From contig CAVQNG010000003.1 in NCBI GenBank assembly GCA_963713825.1, positions 32,001 to 96,000 on the forward strand: a stretch of 64,000 bases of DNA. Direction: 5' to 3'. This document shows, one piece after another, positions 22,656 to 32,916 of the stretch. A model generated the notes under the pieces. The model did not search any database. It was given only the letters and a program-made list of their open reading frames with translations, and was not told the DNA's origin. Origin of the DNA: an uncultured Acidobacteriota bacterium. Its GTDB lineage: Bacteria > Acidobacteriota > Thermoanaerobaculia > Multivoradales > JAHEKO01. The first letter of the stretch is position 1. Every line of letters begins with the position of its first letter. The position numbers and the translations under genes are program-made.

Positions 22656-23534
22656 TCACAAGCCCTGAAGGGGATCGGCAGCGGCACTGTCGGGCTCGCC
22701 AGTCAACGCTGTATCGGGCGCGGTCCAATCTTCCAAATCCAACCATGGGGTCGGCTGCCCCTGATCCGAGACGCAGATCTGTGTTGCGGCGCCGCAGCGG
22801 TTGACGGTTTCTCCTACTGCTTCGAGAGCCAGGGCCGGCAGATTGTTGGTGCGAGACAGGTGATAGAGCACGACCCACTTCAATCGATCACTGAGCAGCT
22901 CGGGTAGACCCCGTGCCGCCTCGGCATTCGAAAGGTGGCCATGACGACCCGCTACCCGCTGTTTGAGCGGCCACGGATACGGTCCGCTCCGCAGCATCTC
23001 GAGATCATGGTTGGTCTCCAGGACGAGAGCATCCAGATTCGTCAATCGGCCCCAGACCAGCTGACTCCATGTCCCCAGGTCGGCTGCCAGGCCGACTCGG
23101 TGTCCGGTACCGTCTTCCACCACGTAGCCGACGGGCTCCCGAGCATCGTGGGGAATCTCGAAAGGCTCCACGACGAAATTACCGATCTCCAGAGCCTCTC
23201 CCGATCGAACCTTCTGCGTCGGTATTCCTTTTGCCCCGAGGTCGAGCTCCCCCAGGGTGCCCGCCGTCGCATAGACCTTCAGATCATGCCGTTTTGCGAA
23301 TCGGGCGGCGCCACGCGTGTGGTCCGAATGCTCGTGCGTGAGAACGAGCCCCTCGAAGCTGTCGAGATCTACTTGGCACTGCTTGAGGCGGGACTCGATT
23401 TCACGGCACGAAAAGCCGGCGTCGATCATCAATCGCCGCGACCCGCACTCCACCACCAGAACGTTGCCGCCGCTGCCGGAGCCGAGAACGACGATCCTTG
23501 CGGCTGGCGCCGCTAGACCCAGATCGAGCTGCAC
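22656..23534 (-). CDS. MBL-fold metallo-hydrolase (YycJ/WalJ-like)
   Basis: LGSGSGGN, IDAG, THEHSDH, HDAREP, LETNHD, GHLSN and HLSRTNN motifs. Confidence 0.88.
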   Translation of the reverse strand: MQLDLGLAAPAARIVVLGSGSGGNVLVVECGSRRLMIDAGFSCREIESRLKQCQVDLDSFEGLVLTHEHSDHTRGAARFAKRHDLKVYATAGTLGELDLGAKGIPTQKVRSGEALEIGNFVVEPFEIPHDAREPVGYVVEDGTGHRVGLAADLGTWSQLVWGRLTNLDALVLETNHDLEMLRSGPYPWPLKQRVAGRHGHLSNAEAARGLPELLSDRLKWVVLYHLSRTNNLPALALEAVGETVNRCGAATQICVSDQGQPTPWLDLEDWTAPDTALTGEPDSAAADPLQGL

Positions 23535-23560
23535 GGGGTGAAGCTATCACAGCAATGAAA

Positions 23561-23691
23561 CCTGGGGTCCTGGGGTCCTGGGGTCTTGATTCGAGTGTTA
23601 TCCAGGGCACGGAGATGGCTCATGGCCGGGCCACATTCCGCCACCCAATCAGGCCTCGAGACCTCACGACCTGACGACCTCAAGACCACTA
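23561..23691. repeat. Two roughly complementary octamer arrays: (CCTGGGGT)x3 and (GACCTCAC-like)x4
   Basis: Arrays at 23561-23584 and 23660-23691, read directly. Confidence 0.75.
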
Positions 23692-24450
23692 GAGCTCGTA
23701 GGTATTCCCCTGCTCCAGATAATGCAGATTTGGATCCTTCAGTCGCGCGATCTCGGTTCGAATCTCGCTCAGACAGGGCGGCTTGAGATGGTGCAAGAGG
23801 ATCGGAAATGGGCGGTCCAACTTGGCCAGCTCTCGGCGCAGTGTCATCGGCGTCAGATGGAACGACCGGTCGGCGATCTCTTGCATCGAGTTGTCGAAAC
23901 TGGTCTCGACGCAAATGGCGTTCACCTTGACGGTTTGGTTGGCCAGCTCCCAGAGTCGATGCGTCGGACCCGTGTCGCTCGACCAGAGCAGTGCCGCGTT
24001 GCCCTGCTCGATCAGGAAGCCGAAGGTCGGGACCGCATGATTCACCGAGAATGGCGTGAACTTCACGCCATCGATGACGACCGGAATCTCCTCCAGCAAC
24101 TCATGAAAACGGATCGCCGGCAGCAGATTGTTCGGCATCCTGGTGAAGTCGGGCCAGGAAGCGTTGTTGAACATATGCTTGCGGATCGAGTAGGTCGTCT
24201 CCGAGGAAGCGTAGATGTCGATCGCTTCACCCACCACGCCGTAGACGTTCTCCACGAAGAAGGGCAGGGCGTTCGTGTGGTCCATGTGAGAGTGCGTCAG
24301 CACGATCGAATGCACTCTGGACTGACGCTCGATACTCAAGGCCTGCGCCAAGGAGCCTGCGTCCAACGCGATCGTGTCGTTGATGAGCAGGCACGTCATC
24401 CGGCAATCGAGGCTCTCGCCACCGTAGCTGCCGAGCACTTCAATCTTCAT
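23689..24450 (-). CDS. Class II (MBL-fold) 3',5'-cyclic-nucleotide phosphodiesterase-like protein
   Basis: LGSYGG, LDAG, THSHMDH, FNNASWPDF, VNHAVP, SDTGPT, HLTP and HHLKP motifs. Confidence 0.8.
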   Translation of the reverse strand: MKIEVLGSYGGESLDCRMTCLLINDTIALDAGSLAQALSIERQSRVHSIVLTHSHMDHTNALPFFVENVYGVVGEAIDIYASSETTYSIRKHMFNNASWPDFTRMPNNLLPAIRFHELLEEIPVVIDGVKFTPFSVNHAVPTFGFLIEQGNAALLWSSDTGPTHRLWELANQTVKVNAICVETSFDNSMQEIADRSFHLTPMTLRRELAKLDRPFPILLHHLKPPCLSEIRTEIARLKDPNLHYLEQGNTYEL

Positions 24451-24561
24451 GGAACTGGAGCCTGTCTCGCCGGCTCAGATGTGTCAAGGGGAAACGAACA
24501 TCGCCGGGGCGAACTCGTTGCCGACACACCAGAGAGGCGGACTCCTGTCTTACCGCCGAGC

Positions 24562-27546
24562 CTAGAACCTGCGACCAATCCAGAATGACGTCTCCCACCC
24601 TGTCAACGTTTCCGAGAAGTCCCACTGGCGGATGAAATCCCAGTTCATCGACAGGCCGAACAGGTTCAGTGAGAAGCCCCAGCCGTAGGAAGAAACGCCA
24701 TCTGCGAGCTTGTTATCCTCACCGTCCCAGAACTGGAAGCTCTCGACGTCGCTATACCAGGCTCCTCCGACATCCAGGAAGATCACTCCCCGGATCTGCT
24801 GGAAGGCGAAACCAGGAATGGCAAGGTAGTCGATGAGGGGGAAGCGCCATTCCAGGTTGCTGAAGAAAGCCCGATCTCCCACCAGCGACCGGAACTCGTA
24901 ACCTCGAAGCGTGTCCAGGCCACCGATGTACAGCGGGGTGGGAGCGGCTCCATTGCTCGACGCACCCCAGACTCGCCAGGCGAAGTTCGTCCGCCGAGTT
25001 GTCGACAGATACTGGCGAAAGTCCAGACCGTAGGTGGAGGTCAGGGTCGAGTCGACGTCTTTGTCGTCGCCGGTCAGATTGGGCGCATAGCTGCCGAAGA
25101 GCCGCCAGCGGCGGCCGGCGATCGGACCATATCTGGCGAAGACGGTCGTGTCTCCAACCAACGCCGCTTCCAGCTGCGGGTAATTGTCGGTGCGCGGAAC
25201 AACGATGGGAATGGGAAACCCCGTCTCCGGATCGTAGATGGGGGCGCCATCGGGGTCACGTAGAAACTGCTGATAACCGATGTCGCGATAGACATAGCCC
25301 AGACCGGCGGAGACACGGTGATTGACGCCGAATGGATAGGCTACCGAGGCGGTGATTCCCGTCACTCGCAACGCGGACTGAATGCGCTCGACTTGACCGG
25401 TCACCGTGTTGAAGGCGGCGAAGAAGTCATTGTTGTCATAGATGCGCAGGGACTTCGTCAGCCGCCTCGAGCTATCCACATAGAAGACATCGAAGTTCTG
25501 GAAGCTGGAGATGGACTCGAAGAGCGCGAAGATTCGACGATCGCCGAGGTAGTCGACGAACTCGAAGCCGATCTGGGCGACCCAGGTCTGGTCGTCGGAG
25601 ATACCGATCGTGCCGCCAAAGATGTTCTCCAGGCGAAATTTGAAGCCCTTGTAGCGGTCCCTGTTGGCTTGGTCCAGGGAGACCTCGATGCTGGGCTCGA
25701 ACCGTGGTAACTGGTCCACCCGGAGGGACTGCAGCTCGGTGAGCGCATCCTCCGTAATCGTCGTCGCCTCGGTAATCGGATCTTCTACATCCTGCATGTA
25801 AAGATCGAACCGGCCCTTCCAGTAAGCCGTAAAGACCAGTCGATCCTTGCCGTTGGGAGCCGCGAGAACGGTGGGCATGAAGCAGCCCGTCACCGAATTC
25901 GTGTGCTGCAGGATGTTCCCGGTCTCGAAGTCGAAGCTGAAGATATTGTTCGCGCCCGAAGCGTCGGACGTGAAGTAGAGCCGGTTGCCATTGGGCGAGA
26001 AAACCGGATCGGTCTCGTTCGTATTGGTTCGAATTCCCTCTCGAATGGGAATCCGCTCCTGTGGGTTGTTCAGATAGATGCGGAAGAGCTTCTCGTACCC
26101 ACCAACGACCGAGCTGAGGACGATTGATTCGCCATCCGGTGCATAAGTCGGTGCACCGTCGTAGACATCGTCGTCGGTCAGGTTGGTGATCTCGCCGCTG
26201 TTCGTATCGATCTCGAATATGTCGAAACGACCATCCAGCCAACCCGAGAAAGCAATCTTGTTGCCGTCCGGGCTCCAGGCAGGCGACAGCTGCTGGCCAA
26301 CATCCATCTCGATGGAATGGCGGATCTTCTTCTTCAGCACATCCAGAATCACCAGCTCCCGGCCACGGTTCTTGCGCGCGAAGAAAGCCACGGAGTTGCC
26401 GTCAGGCGAGAAGGCAATGTCGCGGCCCGTCTCACGGCCCATGGTCAACTCCTGGGCTACCAGGTACTGGTAGTCGCTCGCGTAACCCTTGGTCAGGTTC
26501 TTGAAGAACGTCCGATCCTTGGTCTCATAGAGCACCACATCGACATCGCCCCGGTTGTTGGTGAAAGCGGCAACGAAGTCACCTGACGGCGAAGCCACAG
26601 GCGAGGTGTTCTGGCTCTGGATACCGCGATGTGCCCGGAAAGGTCGCCCAAAATCACCCGGCTCGCCGGTCTCCAGAAGCTCTGCCAGATAGAGTTTTCG
26701 CAGCCAGCGGCGAAAGTCGGCGTCGAACTCCTCCGGCGAGATCCCGAAGGCCCGTTCGACGGCGCGGCCTACCCGGCCACCCACGGTATTGCGCAGCTCG
26801 ACGATGAAGTCCCGCATGCCCTCAGGGCCCCACCGGAACTCGATGTACTCGAAGACCGAGTATCCGAACCGATACGCGAAGAAGCCATCGACACCGCTCT
26901 GGGTGATCTTCGGCACCTGGTCGTTGACCACCGCATCCCGCACGAACATCTTGTCGCGCGCTGATTCTTCACCCTCCATGTAGCTGGCCATGCCCTCCAT
27001 GAACCAGTTCGGCGGACGCCCGGCGATGCCCTTACCGAGATTGCCTCCGAACAACATGTGGTATTGGAAGATATGGGTCAGCTCGTGAAGGATGAGCTCG
27101 TAGAGCGCCGGATCCGGCATGTCGACCGGCAGGAACATTCGAAAGCGCACCGGCGTCGCAAAAGCGCCGATCCCTTCGGGGATGAAGTTGCTGATCTCGT
27201 TATTCTGTTCGAAATGAGCGTGGGTCTCGTAGAAAATCAGAGACGTCGGTTTCTTGATCTGGAAGTCGAACTCCTGCGAGAGCTGATCGTAGGCGCTCTC
27301 GGCGAACGAGACGACCTTTTGTAGCAGCTCCGGGTCCTGGGTGTAGAAGTAGATGTCGAAGTGAGGTGAGTGGTAGATCTCCCACTTGAAGGTCTCGAAC
27401 TGAACCTTGTTCTTACCAAAGTAGTAATCGCCGTAAGCGTTCGGCACGCTGATCGTGCCCTGGCCCCAGGCGACACCCGGCGCCGATAACGCCACTGCTA
27501 CCAATAGCAGGGATACGAACAGGCATGTGGCAGTTGGTTGACGCAA
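24562..27546 (-). CDS. Outer-membrane fusion protein: zincin (MA-like) peptidase, TolB-like PD40 propeller and Omp85/BamA-type barrel
   Basis: Signal peptide; HELTH...WFMEGMA; repeats SPSGD/SPDGN/SPDGN/APDGE/SPNGN; LRGYEF lid motif; terminal Phe. Confidence 0.85.
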   Translation of the reverse strand: MRQPTATCLFVSLLLVAVALSAPGVAWGQGTISVPNAYGDYYFGKNKVQFETFKWEIYHSPHFDIYFYTQDPELLQKVVSFAESAYDQLSQEFDFQIKKPTSLIFYETHAHFEQNNEISNFIPEGIGAFATPVRFRMFLPVDMPDPALYELILHELTHIFQYHMLFGGNLGKGIAGRPPNWFMEGMASYMEGEESARDKMFVRDAVVNDQVPKITQSGVDGFFAYRFGYSVFEYIEFRWGPEGMRDFIVELRNTVGGRVGRAVERAFGISPEEFDADFRRWLRKLYLAELLETGEPGDFGRPFRAHRGIQSQNTSPVASPSGDFVAAFTNNRGDVDVVLYETKDRTFFKNLTKGYASDYQYLVAQELTMGRETGRDIAFSPDGNSVAFFARKNRGRELVILDVLKKKIRHSIEMDVGQQLSPAWSPDGNKIAFSGWLDGRFDIFEIDTNSGEITNLTDDDVYDGAPTYAPDGESIVLSSVVGGYEKLFRIYLNNPQERIPIREGIRTNTNETDPVFSPNGNRLYFTSDASGANNIFSFDFETGNILQHTNSVTGCFMPTVLAAPNGKDRLVFTAYWKGRFDLYMQDVEDPITEATTITEDALTELQSLRVDQLPRFEPSIEVSLDQANRDRYKGFKFRLENIFGGTIGISDDQTWVAQIGFEFVDYLGDRRIFALFESISSFQNFDVFYVDSSRRLTKSLRIYDNNDFFAAFNTVTGQVERIQSALRVTGITASVAYPFGVNHRVSAGLGYVYRDIGYQQFLRDPDGAPIYDPETGFPIPIVVPRTDNYPQLEAALVGDTTVFARYGPIAGRRWRLFGSYAPNLTGDDKDVDSTLTSTYGLDFRQYLSTTRRTNFAWRVWGASSNGAAPTPLYIGGLDTLRGYEFRSLVGDRAFFSNLEWRFPLIDYLAIPGFAFQQIRGVIFLDVGGAWYSDVESFQFWDGEDNKLADGVSSYGWGFSLNLFGLSMNWDFIRQWDFSETLTGWETSFWIGRRF

Positions 27547-27562
27547 CTGGAACTCCTTCCCC

Positions 27563-28309
27563 TCACGGGGTGATCAGAACCCGCGTGGCTGCGACCTGTT
27601 TCTGGGCGAAGATATTCGCGATCCGATCCTCCAGGGCATAAAGATTCTCGAACATGCCTTGCAGCGGATCGGCCCTTTCCCCTTCGAACTGCTTGAAGTC
27701 CTTGAAGTTGTCCGAGTAGAGCTGCTCGCCAGTGGCGCCGTCGAAGACCTGCATCACGATGTCGTACTCGAAGCCCGTTTGCTCGACCAGTACCTGGCGA
27801 TAGTAGGTCCGCCCATCGTAGGGCGAGACATACTCCTCGGTCCGATAGCCGCTGCGATCCTGGATGTCGAAGTCCAGGCTTCCCGAGACGATCAGGTCCG
27901 CCTGGGTCCTTTCCCCTAGATAGCGCCAGAAATCAGTATCGGTCGACAGCTCCCGGAGATCATAGGTCGGGTAATCGACGGGCCCCGACTCGATCAGCTT
28001 CAAGCGCGTCTCGCGACGGATCAGTCGGGACATGTAGCGTTCGAATTCATCCTCTACGTCGACGCCACGTCGGGCGGCCGTCTCCTCGCCCTCATCGCTG
28101 ACCACCAGGAAAGGCGCAACCGTAACCGTACTGCGGTCCGTCAGGTCGATGCGCGCCCGCACGGGCAAGAGAAGGGTGACCTGGACACCACCGCCCCGCG
28201 CCGGGATCGCCGTCACCAGAATCAGCAGAACAACACCAAAGAGAATCGATCGACTCGGGCGCATCTCGCGGGCCCCGAACCGTGAGCTGAACCTGATGGC
28301 TGGGCTCAT
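27563..28309 (-). CDS. Secreted hypothetical protein
   Basis: Signal peptide and native codon style. ATGA overlap with the TPR gene and 16 bp from the Omp85 gene. Confidence 0.7.
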   Translation of the reverse strand: MSPAIRFSSRFGAREMRPSRSILFGVVLLILVTAIPARGGGVQVTLLLPVRARIDLTDRSTVTVAPFLVVSDEGEETAARRGVDVEDEFERYMSRLIRRETRLKLIESGPVDYPTYDLRELSTDTDFWRYLGERTQADLIVSGSLDFDIQDRSGYRTEEYVSPYDGRTYYRQVLVEQTGFEYDIVMQVFDGATGEQLYSDNFKDFKQFEGERADPLQGMFENLYALEDRIANIFAQKQVAATRVLITP

Positions 28310-28752
28310 TTCGCCCCCTCCGATTCTGAGCTCGACTCGACCGCCTCACTCTCCTCGGTCGGGCTCGCGTCCGTCTCCGCATCCGGCCTGTAGCTCTGAT
28401 AGAAGGCGATGAAGGCCGAGTAGTTGCGCTTCAAGTCACTATTCGAGGGACCCGCTTGCAGTGCCCTTTTGTAGGTTTCCAGGGCTTCCTCGAACTGGCC
28501 CACCGCTTCGTAGGCAACAGCCATGTTGTTCAGGATCTCCGGGTCGTTCGGCCTGTCCATATCGGCTTGCTGGAAACGGAACAAGGCCTCGGCCCAGAGC
28601 CCGCGCTTGGCCATGGACACACCGAAATCGACTTCCGAGCTCGTGCTCGGTCCGCCTGTCGTCACAGCTTTGGAGCCGTTGCTGCTGCATGCCACCAAGA
28701 CCGTCAGGAGGACGAATGCGGCTGCAAGGCGCCAGGAAACTCTAGGGCGCAT
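28306..28752 (-). CDS. TPR-repeat lipoprotein
   Basis: Lipobox VLVAC and TPR pattern (LWAEALFRFQQA...ILNNMAVAYEAVGQFEEALETYKRAL). Start uncertain (28752 or 28797). Confidence 0.8.
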   Translation of the reverse strand: MRPRVSWRLAAAFVLLTVLVACSSNGSKAVTTGGPSTSSEVDFGVSMAKRGLWAEALFRFQQADMDRPNDPEILNNMAVAYEAVGQFEEALETYKRALQAGPSNSDLKRNYSAFIAFYQSYRPDAETDASPTEESEAVESSSESEGAK

Positions 28753-28952
28753 CAGAATGGGGCTCCTCTCAAGAATCGTGAGCTTGGCTCCACGCATTGA
28801 GCTCGAGTTTGCCAATGGACCATCGGTACTTCCTTCGCAGTATATACGAGACAAATCACGATCAGATTGGTACTCCCCCAGAAAACCCGAGCGAATCGAC
28901 ACCCCGACTCCGTCTATTGACGTGAGCTCTTTGCGGGGAGATCTGCATCCTG

Positions 28953-30062
28953 ATGTCAAACAAGAAACGCATCCTCCTGATCGCTCTCAACGCGACTCTC
29001 GAACTCGAGCGCGAGGCGGTCTGTCACCTGGCGCAGAGTCTCGACGAATGGTGGAACCTGAACGACTCTCGTGCCATGCCTCGAGGCAGTCAAAGCCTCC
29101 TCCTCAACAAGAAAACCGTAACAAAAGCATGCCGTGTTGCCTGCAATCCCGATGCCGTCGCGGACCGCGAACTCCGACGGGCGCAGGAGCTCGGAGCCAC
29201 CATCGTCACCCTGGTCGATCCCGAATACCCCGAGCGACTGCGCGACCTGGACCTTCCACCGCCGGTCCTGTACTGCCGTGGCACTGTCTCTTCCGCCCCC
29301 GGCATTGCGATCGTGGGCTCCCGAAAGGCCAGCCGCGTCGGCCGTGAGATCGCCGAGCTGGCGGGCATGGAGTTGGCGTTCACCGGCCTCATCGTGGTTT
29401 CGGGATTCGCCCGTGGGATCGATGCCGCGGCGCACCGCGGCGCCTTGAGCGCCACAGGTGGAAGGACGGTGGCTGTCCTCGGTTGTGGACTGGACATCGA
29501 CTACCCACGAGGACACAAGTCGCTGTCGAGTCAGATCGCGACTCGAGGCGCTGTTGTTTCAGAATTCCCCTTCGGTACCCGACCAGCGCCGCGAAATTTT
29601 CCGGTTCGCAATCGCATCATCGCCGCCCTCGGTGTGGGCACACTTGTCGTCGAGGCCACACCTCGCTCCGGCTCTCTCATCACAGCTCGTATGGCATCGG
29701 ATCTGGGCCGCGACGTCTATGCGGTGCCCGGTGCGCTGTTCGAGGATCGATCGGTGGGCCCCAACACCTTGATCCGCGACGGCGCTCTGCTGGTGCAACA
29801 CCCGAGGGACATCCTCGAGAGCCTGCCGTGGGAGATCAAGCGGCAACTCGTTTGCGAGGAGGACAAGCCAATGCAGGCTCCTCTGAATGGGCCGAAGGGC
29901 CAACTGCTGGACCGCATGAAACCCGGTCGGATCTACCCTCCCGAGGCCCTCGCCTCGGCCACCGCCTGGCCCATCGAACGGGTTCTGGCCTTGCTTCTCG
30001 AATTGGAGCTCACCGGCTGGGTCCGACGACACCCGGGCCCTGCCTTCGGTCGTAACAGGTAG
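28953..30062 (+). CDS. dprA: DNA-processing protein DprA
   Basis: IAIVGSRKAS, VVSGFARGIDAAAH, FPVRNRIIA and SGSLITA motifs, plus C-terminal winged helix. Confidence 0.96.
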   Translation: MSNKKRILLIALNATLELEREAVCHLAQSLDEWWNLNDSRAMPRGSQSLLLNKKTVTKACRVACNPDAVADRELRRAQELGATIVTLVDPEYPERLRDLDLPPPVLYCRGTVSSAPGIAIVGSRKASRVGREIAELAGMELAFTGLIVVSGFARGIDAAAHRGALSATGGRTVAVLGCGLDIDYPRGHKSLSSQIATRGAVVSEFPFGTRPAPRNFPVRNRIIAALGVGTLVVEATPRSGSLITARMASDLGRDVYAVPGALFEDRSVGPNTLIRDGALLVQHPRDILESLPWEIKRQLVCEEDKPMQAPLNGPKGQLLDRMKPGRIYPPEALASATAWPIERVLALLLELELTGWVRRHPGPAFGRNR

Positions 30063-30194
30063 ACTCTTGCCACCTTGCGGCGAAATCTTGACGAGTGGTA
30101 AGGTCCCGCACCTGCTGATGCTACGGGCTGCCGAAAACCCTTCGAGCCCACATTCGGTTGGTACGTCACCAGAGATTACTTGCAGAGAAACGCC

Positions 30195-32828
30195 ATGTCT
30201 TCCCTAGTCATCGTCGAATCCCCCGCCAAGGCCAAGACCCTGGCTCGCATCCTCGGAAACAGCTACACCGTCGAGGCCAGCTACGGCCACGTGCGTGACC
30301 TGCCCGCCGGGGCAGACGCCATCCCGACCAAGTTCAAAGGGGAACCCTGGGCTCGGCTTGGCGTCAATGTGCAGAAAGAGTTCGAGCCGCTCTATGTCAT
30401 TCCCAACAACAAGAAGAAGTACATCAAACGCCTGAAGGAAGCACTGGCTGACGCGGACGAGCTGCTGCTGGCGACAGACGAAGACCGGGAGGGCGAGAGC
30501 ATCAGCTGGCATGTTGTCGAGGTGCTCAAGCCCAAGGTGCCGGTCCGCAGGATCGCCTTTCACGAGATCACCAAAGAAGCAATCCTCGCCGCCCTGGAGA
30601 ACCCGCGCGACATCGACTCCAATCTCGTCAGGGCCCAGGAGAGTCGCCGAATCCTGGATCGGCTCTTCGGGTACGAGCTCTCGCCAGTGCTGTGGAAGAA
30701 GGTACAGCGTGGTCTTTCCGCCGGTCGCGTTCAGAGTGTCGCCGTGCGCCTTTGCGTCGAGCGCGAACGAGAACGTCGAAGTTTCAGATCCGGTTGCTAC
30801 TGGGACGTCGAGGCACAGTTCGCCAAGCAAGAGCAGACCTTCACAGCGAGGCTCGTGAGGGTGGGTGAGCAGCGCCTGGCGACGGGTAAGGACTTCGATG
30901 CCGATACCGGAGAGCTCAAAGAGCGTTCCCAGGCTCTCTGGGTCCGCGACGAGCAGGCGCTGCAAGATCTGATGGACTCCTGGGAAAGCCCCTGGTCGGT
31001 CACCAGCGTCGAAGACAAGCCTCAGATCCGCCGTCCGGCGCCGCCCTTCACCACCTCTTCACTCCAACAGGAGGCGAACCGCAAGCTCCGATTCTCGGCT
31101 CGCCACACCATGAGCATCGCCCAGCGGCTGTACGAGGGCATGGACTACAACAGCGACCGGATTGGTCTCATCACCTACATGAGAACCGATTCGGTCACCC
31201 TGGCAGGCAGAGCGCTACAGGAAGCTCAAGAGGTCATCCGAGAGAAGTATGGCGAGGCCTATGCCCAAGGCCCGCGACGCTATGCCACCAAGACCAAGGG
31301 TGCCCAGGAGGCCCACGAGGCCATCCGTCCTACGAAGCTCTCGCGGACTCCCGACAAGCTCAAGAAGTACCTTTCGCACGACGAGCTCCGCCTCTACGAG
31401 TTGATTTGGAAGCGTACCGTGGCCAGCCAGATGGCGGAGGCCCGCCTGCGTCGTACGACCGTCGAGATCACCGCGCCCGCCGCGGAAATGGCGTCACAAG
31501 GAGTCTTCACTTCCACCGGCACGACCATCGAGTTCCCAGGATTTCTGCGAGCCTATGTCGAAGGATCGGACGACCCCTCGGCGGATCTGGCCGACAAGGA
31601 AGTCATCTTGCCGAACCTGGAAGCCGGAGAGGAGTGCGTGCCCGAGCACCTCGAGCCCAAAAAGCGCGACACCATGCCGCCTGCCCGCTACTCCGAAGCC
31701 AGTCTCGTCAAGAAGCTCGAAGCCGAGGGAATCGGACGACCCTCGACCTACGCCAGCATTATCGACACCATCCAGAACCGCGGCTACGTCGTCAAGCAGA
31801 ACAACGCCCTGATTCCTACTTTCACGGCTTTCGCCGTCACCGAGCTTCTCGAGAAGCACTTCACCGACCTCGTGGATACCAGCTTCACGGCTCGCATGGA
31901 GCAGCAGTTGGACGACATCGCGGCTGGAACGCTCGATTGGAAGGACCATCTACACAGCTTCTACTTTGGCGAGGGTGACGAGGACGTCGGCCTGGAAGAC
32001 CAGATCAAGGCAGAGGAACCGAAGATCGAATTCCCAGCCATCGAGATCGGCACGCACCCCGAGTCCGGGAAACCGATCGTCATGCGGGTGGGGCGATACG
32101 GGCCCTACCTCGACCTCGAAGACTCCGAAGATGAACGGGTTCGCGCTTCGGTTCCGGACGACGTCGCGCCGGCCGACCTGACCGTCGACGAGGCAGTGAA
32201 GATGCTCGAGAAGGCGAAGCAGGGTGCACAGCTCCTCGGACACGATCCAGAGAGCCAGCAGAACGTCTATCTGGCCCACGGCCGCTTCGGCGCCTACGTG
32301 CAGCTCGGCGAGACGCCGGACAGAGGCTCGAAGGAGCCAAAGCCCAAGAGAGCCTCCCTGCCCAAGGATGTCGCCGAACAAGATGTGACCCTCGACAAGG
32401 CACTCCTCTGGCTCTCCCTGCCTCGGAGCCTGGGTGTCGATCCCGAGAACGACGAGGAAGTCATCGCCACCAGTGGCCGCTTCGGTCCCTTCATCAAGCG
32501 CGGCAAGGACACCCGGTCCCTGCCCGCCGAAGACGACGTCTATTCCGTCGAGCTGCCTCGAGCGCTGGAGCTCCTGGCGCAGCCCAAAGGCCGCCGCGGT
32601 CGGCAGCGAGCCCAACGCAAGGTACTGAAGGACTTCGGCCCGTACGAAGGCGGTTCCAACCTCGAGCTCTTGGAGGGGCGCTACGGCCCGTATCTGACCA
32701 ACGGTGATCTCAACGCCTCACTGCCCAAGGGCACGGACGTATCGAGTCTCACAGCGGAAACTGCCTCCACTCTTCTCCGCGAGCGCGGCAAGCCACCGAA
32801 GCGGCGCCAGAAGCGCTCTTCGAAGTAG
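30195..32828 (+). CDS. topA: DNA topoisomerase I with Topo C-terminal repeats (no Zn ribbons)
   Basis: LVIVESPAKA, ATDEDREGE, SAGRVQ, ITYMRTD and GIGRPSTYA motifs; four GR(Y/F)G(P/A)(Y/F) repeats. Confidence 0.97.
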   Translation: MSSLVIVESPAKAKTLARILGNSYTVEASYGHVRDLPAGADAIPTKFKGEPWARLGVNVQKEFEPLYVIPNNKKKYIKRLKEALADADELLLATDEDREGESISWHVVEVLKPKVPVRRIAFHEITKEAILAALENPRDIDSNLVRAQESRRILDRLFGYELSPVLWKKVQRGLSAGRVQSVAVRLCVERERERRSFRSGCYWDVEAQFAKQEQTFTARLVRVGEQRLATGKDFDADTGELKERSQALWVRDEQALQDLMDSWESPWSVTSVEDKPQIRRPAPPFTTSSLQQEANRKLRFSARHTMSIAQRLYEGMDYNSDRIGLITYMRTDSVTLAGRALQEAQEVIREKYGEAYAQGPRRYATKTKGAQEAHEAIRPTKLSRTPDKLKKYLSHDELRLYELIWKRTVASQMAEARLRRTTVEITAPAAEMASQGVFTSTGTTIEFPGFLRAYVEGSDDPSADLADKEVILPNLEAGEECVPEHLEPKKRDTMPPARYSEASLVKKLEAEGIGRPSTYASIIDTIQNRGYVVKQNNALIPTFTAFAVTELLEKHFTDLVDTSFTARMEQQLDDIAAGTLDWKDHLHSFYFGEGDEDVGLEDQIKAEEPKIEFPAIEIGTHPESGKPIVMRVGRYGPYLDLEDSEDERVRASVPDDVAPADLTVDEAVKMLEKAKQGAQLLGHDPESQQNVYLAHGRFGAYVQLGETPDRGSKEPKPKRASLPKDVAEQDVTLDKALLWLSLPRSLGVDPENDEEVIATSGRFGPFIKRGKDTRSLPAEDDVYSVELPRALELLAQPKGRRGRQRAQRKVLKDFGPYEGGSNLELLEGRYGPYLTNGDLNASLPKGTDVSSLTAETASTLLRERGKPPKRRQKRSSK

Positions 32829-32916
32829 ACAAACTCGGATCTGTCTGCCGCCCGGAGGTCTACAGAATTGCCGGGCGAGCGAGAGGCATCGAGGCGGACT
32901 TATAATCCCCGACACA

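Noticed and set aside
19368-30062. Functional link between pur genes or dprA and the deoxyribose BMC
   Set aside because: Separated by the rRNA operon, and these are ordinary core genes. The BMC operator motif was not seen upstream of them.
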